Shown here: in pieces, positions 1 through 6,200 of the stretch
Position numbering within the stretch: position 1 is the stretch's first letter
How the letters are laid out: the number at the start of each line of letters is the position of its first letter
Origin: Prasinococcaceae sp. CCMP 1430
Taxonomy: Eukaryota; Plantae; Prasinodermophyta
DNA length: 7,629 nt
Direction: 5' to 3'
Assembly: GCA_013416795.1 (NCBI GenBank)
Contig: RQSC01001374.1
Location: 1-7,629, forward strand
Notes under the pieces: model-generated
The model's database searches: none
Told to the model about the DNA's origin: nothing
The model's input: the letters and a program-made list of their open reading frames with translations, nothing else
Program-made: the position numbers and the translations under genes

Positions 1-297
1 GTTGAGCGTGTAAGACCCTGTCAGATGCCACGCGGTGGGCACGTTGGTCAGGGCCAGGTCGGGTTGGATCAGGTATCGACACACCACCGTCGGCGCCGCG
101 CATTGGAACCCGAGGTACTCCGTGTACGAGGACCCCGCGGCCGAGCGCCAGGCCGTCGTGTACGCCTGAGTGTACGCCTGAAATGCGCGCCACGCCTCCC
201 ACCCCACCTGTTCCGAGCTCTTGATCACCGTGCCGTAGGTGCTGGTGTAAGCCGCGGACGTCAGGGTCGGGACCAGTCTGCCGTAGGGGACGCTCAG
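1..297 (-). other. Discoidin-like domain D6 (truncated by the window edge)
   Basis: LVPTLTS...GTVIKSSEQVGWEAWRAF...AWRSAAGSSYTEYLGFQCAAPTVVCRYLIQP...PTAWHLTGS aligns closely with D3. Confidence 0.75.
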
Positions 298-3200
298 TTT
301 CTTGTACATGATGAGATCCGTGATCCCCCCCATGTAGCTGCCGTGTCCGTGGTTACTGGTGGTCCTGAACTTGTATGTTTTATAGGCGGTGGTGTTGGTG
401 AAATCGCTGACGTGGGTACCACCCGCCATGTTGCCTATGGTATGGAGATCCACATCGGTGCTTTGGTTGGTGGTTCCCCTAAAGACCCCCGCTCGGGTAC
501 TGTAGGTATTCGGGACTAGAGTAGGAGTCAACAAATATCGATTCAACACCACGGGTTCGGTAAACGTATACCCAATGTAATGCGAGGTCGAGATGGTCGA
601 TGGAACCCAACTGTTTGTACCTGTATTATGCATAAAGGGGTTGCCACTGTAATTGGTCGAATAGGCTGTGGTATAAATGATCGAACCCGTCAATAACGCA
701 GTGTTTTGATTGTTGTAATTGGGCTCGACGGCTTCGTCATACAGGGTGTCAGGGGTCCGTTGGTAGAACCACAACTGGTTGAACCCGGCTTCGGCGCCGC
801 TGCCATAAGTAGTGTTTCCAACGACGAACTTGTATCCGTTGAACGCGATGCGGTTGTCAAATTTATGATTACCACATCTGACCGCAGTGCCCGAAGAGAA
901 CGTCATCAACAACACATCATCCACTCCATCGGTGTTGAAGCCATAAACAGAATACGAGTTGTATGACACTTGACCGGTGTACCAACCGTAGAACCCCATA
1001 CCATTGACCACGACCGGGGTGTTGAAACGGTATCCGATGTATTTCCCAGCGAAAAAGTTGCTGTTTGTGCCACCACTAGAGGGAGCACCACCAGGCAAAC
1101 TGACATACCAAACACCACCACCAGAGGAAAACGGTTTCCAAATGTTCGTAGTATCAGAGTTGGTGACGGTGACCCCCAGACCGCTGCTGGTGTTGGAGGT
1201 CAAGGCAGGGACCACAGACGTTCCTTCCGACGCAAACTGATTGAACAACGAATTGGAACCGAACGTGATCTGAGGCGCCGCGTGTACCGAGGTGCTGTTA
1301 AGACCTTCTAAAGTGTAGAATTGGAGCTTGTTGATTTGACCGTAATAGGATTGAGTGTTGGTGAGGGCATCGATGCGGATGCGATACACCTTGAAATAAG
1401 TAGAGTTGGACACCTCGAAGTACTGAGCGAGCGAGGAAGTGTTGTCGACGATGGTATGAAGTGTGGTTTCTGTTCCACCAACGGTATCAGAACCGGTGAG
1501 GTGCCATCCCAACGGGATTCGAGTGACGCCTTGAGAATCAAACGGTTGAATCATGTACCGAACCACACAGACCGGATACGTGTATTCGAACCCGAGGTAC
1601 TCGGTGTAAGTGGAACCATTGGCGGCGGTCCATCCGGCATGGGCACCGGTTCCAACCACCCCGACGTCAAAGGCACGCCAGGGTTCGTATCCAGCCTGAT
1701 AGGAGCTGTAGATCACCGTGCCGTTGGTCAGAGTATAAGTCGATCCGTCCAAGACCGACACCGTCGGGTATACTCCAGGAACCGAGCGACGGAACAATTG
1801 GAAGTATTGGATCTGTCCGAGGTTGGCACCACCTCGATTGGCATCGCTGTAGAGCTTAAAGGTGGTGTAGACGGCGGTGTTGGAGAAGTCGAAGGTGTAG
1901 ACAGCGCTAGAATCATACACCCCCGAGGAAAACGTATGGAGGGTGGTTTCTGATCCGCCGTTGGCACCGGTCAGATGGAACGTGATGGTGGCATTTGTGG
2001 ATGAGGACCCAATGCGGACGGCGTACCGTGTGACCAGAGTGGGTTTGTTGAAAATGTAGCCGATGTACTGAGTACCAGATGTGGTACCCAACCAGGAATT
2101 CGTTTCACCGGGATCATTGAAGGCAAATATAGCAACATATGTAGTATCATGACCACTCTCGATGATAGAACCAGTACCAAGGGTGGTCCCCAGGTTAAAG
2201 GAGGGTTCGATACATGGCTCAAACGGAACGGTCTCGGTGCTCTCATAGAACTGCAAAGCCTGAACGGACCCCTTTGAAGTATCGGAACCGTTGATGCCGT
2301 CGACGACCAGGTAATACACCAGGTACGCGGTGGTGTTGGCGAGGTCGACCATGAACGAGTTCTTAGCGGTGGCGTTGGTGCCGGTGTGGAGCAGAGTGGG
2401 GTCGTTGGTGGTCAAGGAGTTGGTGGCGAACAAGCGCCAATTGGTGACCCATTTCGTGCCATCGGCGACATCGTTGCCGACGAAATAGTAACGACGAACG
2501 GTCTTGGCCGTGGTGAATTGGTAACCGACGTAATGACCGGTGGTGGAGTCGGCGGCAGGAACCCAAGCGGTGGCGCGATCCCCGTCAAAGGCCTTGTAAC
2601 CATCGTAACCGGTGAGGGTGGAGTCGGTGACGACGGAACCGGTGGTGCCGGTGGCGGAAGTCAGAGTCTCGATGAGGGGGGTGTAGACGTTGGCGAACCC
2701 GTAACGGTCGGTAACGACGGACGGGACTCGGTTGGGAACGGATTTGACCACGACGGCGTCGGCGGATTTGATGATGTTGGTGGGTTTAATGGGGTCGACG
2801 GAGTACGCGTCGAACCACGCGACCGCCGATCCCGAGGTGACGGAGGTGACGGGGTCGAACCCGGTGGTCCAGGCCGCGGACGTCGGCGTGCTCCAACCAC
2901 CCACAGAGGTGGTCTGATCCCCCAAGAGGTATTGACCGCGCCAATAGTAGGTGGAGCCGGACACAAGGGCCGAGTACGGGACGACGTAGGAGTTGGCGCC
3001 GGGATCGGCGACCATGACGCTCCATAGGGGTGAGGTGAAGTCGGTGGAGAAACTGAGTTGGAACTGGACGTAGGAGTAACCACGGCTGCAAGTGGACAGG
3101 GTGAGCTTGGCGTTGTTCTGGTCGAGAGCGGTCGAGGCGTCGGCAGGGGAAGCGTTGGTGGGGGCGGCGACACCGGCGTTGTCCACGTATTGTTTGGTGG

Positions 3201-6200
3201 CGGCGTGGAGATTGGCGGTGGGGTCGGCACTGAGGGTCAATGCGCCCGTCATGGTATCACCGGCCTTGGCCACCGCGTAAGTGGCGAGATTGGTCGATCC
3301 GGCATAGACCGCAGAAGCGTATATGGAACCCGAGACCCCTAGGCCACCCGCGCTAATCACGACGGCACCGGTGGACGTAGAGGTGCTGGGAGTGGCACTG
3401 GAGAACGTCGTGACGCCCGTGACGGTACCGCCGGTCTTGAGAAGCGCCAGCCCGTCCTGAGTGTCCACGTACGTCTTGGTGACCAGGGCACTACCGTTGG
3501 AATAAATGGATCCGGTCACGTAGAGAGCTCCAGCCACGCCCATGCCGCCTGACACGACGAGGGCACCGGTGGTGGTGGAAGTGGACGTGGTCGTGGGATT
3601 CAACAGGAGCTGGGAGTTGCCGATGGTCATGGTGGAAGTCGTGCCATGGTAGAATTGATGAGACGCGGACGTGGTGGAGACCGAGTACCAGGTACCGGCC
3701 CCGTTGACCCCGAGCGCGTAATCGACAGAGCTACCACTCAGGTTGGGGTACAAGATGAGTCGGACGCCATTGGATCGGGTGGTGAAAGTGGGGCTAGCTA
3801 TGGCGGTGGACATGAGGGCCAGCATGCCCCCGTCGGTGGTCAGAACGACATCGCCGCTGACTTTGAGGGTGACATTAGAGGCCGCGTTGTTGGAGGGCCC
3901 CAGGCGATTGGTGGTGTTGGTGTAGATCGCTTTATCGGAAGTGAGTGTAGTGGCGGTGAGGGAGGCCGCGAACAAGGCGCCACCAACACCGATGCCTCCG
4001 GACACCAGGAGCGCACCGCTGCTAGTGGATGTCGAGGGGGCAGTGCCCAAGATTCGGGTGGAACCACTGGTGTTCGCGACGGACATCCAGGCACCCCCAG
4101 AGCTGGATTGTTGGAGGACAAAGCGAGCGGAGGTGGGGTCGTTGACAAAGTCCCATATGGAGTTGGAGGAGCGCAGGGAGAGGATGGTGGGTTTGGTGTT
4201 CGAAGAGCCCAGAGTCATGAGTCGGTTGGCATCCGCCGGATCAGTGCCGGCCGTGAAGGACCCAGAGGGAGTACCACGGACGGTGAGGGCACGACCGGTG
4301 ACGGTGGAGCCGGTGTTGTCGGGGTCGATAATGAGACCGGCGGTACAAGTTACGGGGCCTGTGAACGACGTGTTACCGGCTTTAGGGTACGCGAGGCCAT
4401 CCTGTGTATCGACGTACGATTTGGTGGCCAGGAGGGAACCGTTGGCGTAGACGCTCTGACCGACGTAGAGGTTCTTTGTGCACCCGATGCCTCCTTGAAC
4501 GGTAAGGGCACCGGTGGTCGAGGAGGTGGAATCGGTAGACGAGGAGACGGTCAGGACGCCGTTGGATTGGAGGGAGCCACAAGAGACGGAGGAGGTGGAG
4601 GTGACGGACGCCGCGTATAAAGCGCCAGCAACGCCCAGGCCACCCGATACGATCAGGGAACCAGTCGAAGTGGAAGTGGATGTAGTGGTGTCCAGGGCAC
4701 GAAGGGGTCCAGCGACCGAGAAAGATCCTGCTACAGCGAGACCACCCGAAACGACGAGAGCCCCAGTGGAGGCGGAAGTCGAGTTGGTGGAGTTGCTGAG
4801 GGTGACGACACCAGCGACATTGACTGCGCCACCGATACCGACGCCGCCCGCGACGGTCAAAGCGCCGGTAGAGGTCGAAGAGGACGCGGTGGCGTTGTTG
4901 ACATAGAGAGCATCAGTGATGGTGCCACCGGTGAAGGTGGAGAAGGTGTCGACGTAGGATTTGGTGGCGAGCTCGGCGTCGTTGGCGTAGACTTTACCAG
5001 CGACCCGGAGGTCGAGCGCCATACCAAGACCGCCCGAAACAACCAGAGCCCCGGTCGCGGCGGACGTGGAATTGGTGGCGTTAGAGAGAGACAGGACGGA
5101 CGTATAGGCGCCGAGATCGGCGACGAGTCGGGCGTCGACGGTGGTGTTGAGGTCAGAGATGGCGGACGCGCTGTGAGTGTGGTTGTCGAAGACGCGTTTG
5201 GTGAGCGGGTGGAGATCGGCGGACGCGTCGGCAGAGAGCACGAGGGCCCCCGTCATGGTGCCACCGGACTTTGGGAGGTACAGGGCGTCTTGAGTACCGA
5301 CGTACGAGGAGGTGGCGAGGGAGGCGGCGGTGATGCGCGCATCCACAGCGGCGGTGAATCCGGTGATGGCGGTAGATGCATGGGTGTGGCCGGACAGGGT
5401 GGAGTTCATTTGGGAGTAGGAGACAGGGTTGAGGTTGGCGGTGGCGTCGCCTTTGAGCACGAGGTCGCCCGTCATGGTGCCACCGGACTTGAGCAGCAAT
5501 CCAGAGGTGGCGTTGGTGACGTAAGCCTCGGTGGCGAGTTTTTGGGTGGAGTTCGCGTAGACGTCGCCACCGGCGTACAGTGCGCCCGTGAGTCCGAGGC
5601 CGCCATTGAGAGTGAGCGCCCCGGTGCTAGTAGAAGTGGACTCGACGGGAGTGCCGGTGGTGCCGATGGTGAACCGATTGCTGATCTTGAGCTGTTTGCG
5701 AACACCCAATCCGCCCGCGACGACCAGCGCCCCTGTAGAATAATCGGTCGCGTCGGTCGCGTCGAGCACGCGGGTGAGCCCGCCGATGTTGACGCGTTTG
5801 GCTACAGAGAGGCCGCCGGCGGTGACAATGGAACCCGTGGAGATCGAGGTCGATTCGGTGGCGTCGGTGGTTTTGACAGGGACGGCGAGGGCCTGAACGT
5901 CGGTGGCGACTTGGGCGGCGACGGCGGTGGAAAAGTCGGTGATGGCCGCGGCGCCGTGGGTGTGTGAGGTGACGGCGGTGTTCATTTGGGAAAGGGAGAC
6001 CGGGTGGAGGGAGGACGTGGCGTCGCCTTTGAGAACCAGGGCACCGGTCAGCGTACCGCCGGACTTGGGGAGGTAGTCGGCAAGGGCGGTCGTGACGGCG
6101 GACTGGGTGGCGAGTTTGGCGGTGGAGGACGCGTACGCGTCCCCAGAGAGGACCAGATCGCCTCCGACGGCCAAACCACCGCCCACGACCAGAGACCCGG

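Noticed and set aside
325-331. C7 homopolymer (G7 on the coding strand) as a phase-variation tract
   Set aside because: It is short, simply encodes Met-Gly-Gly, and is expected in a GC-rich 7.6-kb sequence.
343-351. HGH in D5 as a seventh metal-binding HxH
   Set aside because: It lies in a loop of a discoidin-like domain and lacks the flanking context shared by the six shaft motifs.
1-2688. Diversity-generating retroelement target (VR/TR pair) among the discoidin repeats
   Set aside because: There is no roughly 100-bp near-identical pair with adenine-restricted mismatches and no reverse transcriptase in the window. D3/D6 identity is limited to 14-21-nt tracts.
2661-3230. Pro-rich minus-strand ORFs (2661-3230, 6048-6611, 3840-4148, 5472-5705) that resemble extensin or mucin
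   Set aside because: They are off-frame readings of ACC/GCC/TCC-rich codons in the real frame, which generate CCN (Pro) runs.
3646-4620. 324-aa plus-strand ORF, and the other long plus-strand ORFs (5173-5967, 2386-3027, 1321-1953, 25-519 and others)
   Set aside because: They are antisense shadows of the giant gene. Its biased codons leave few stops on the opposite strand, and the products are low-complexity G/R/V or P/V/T strings with no recognisable domain.
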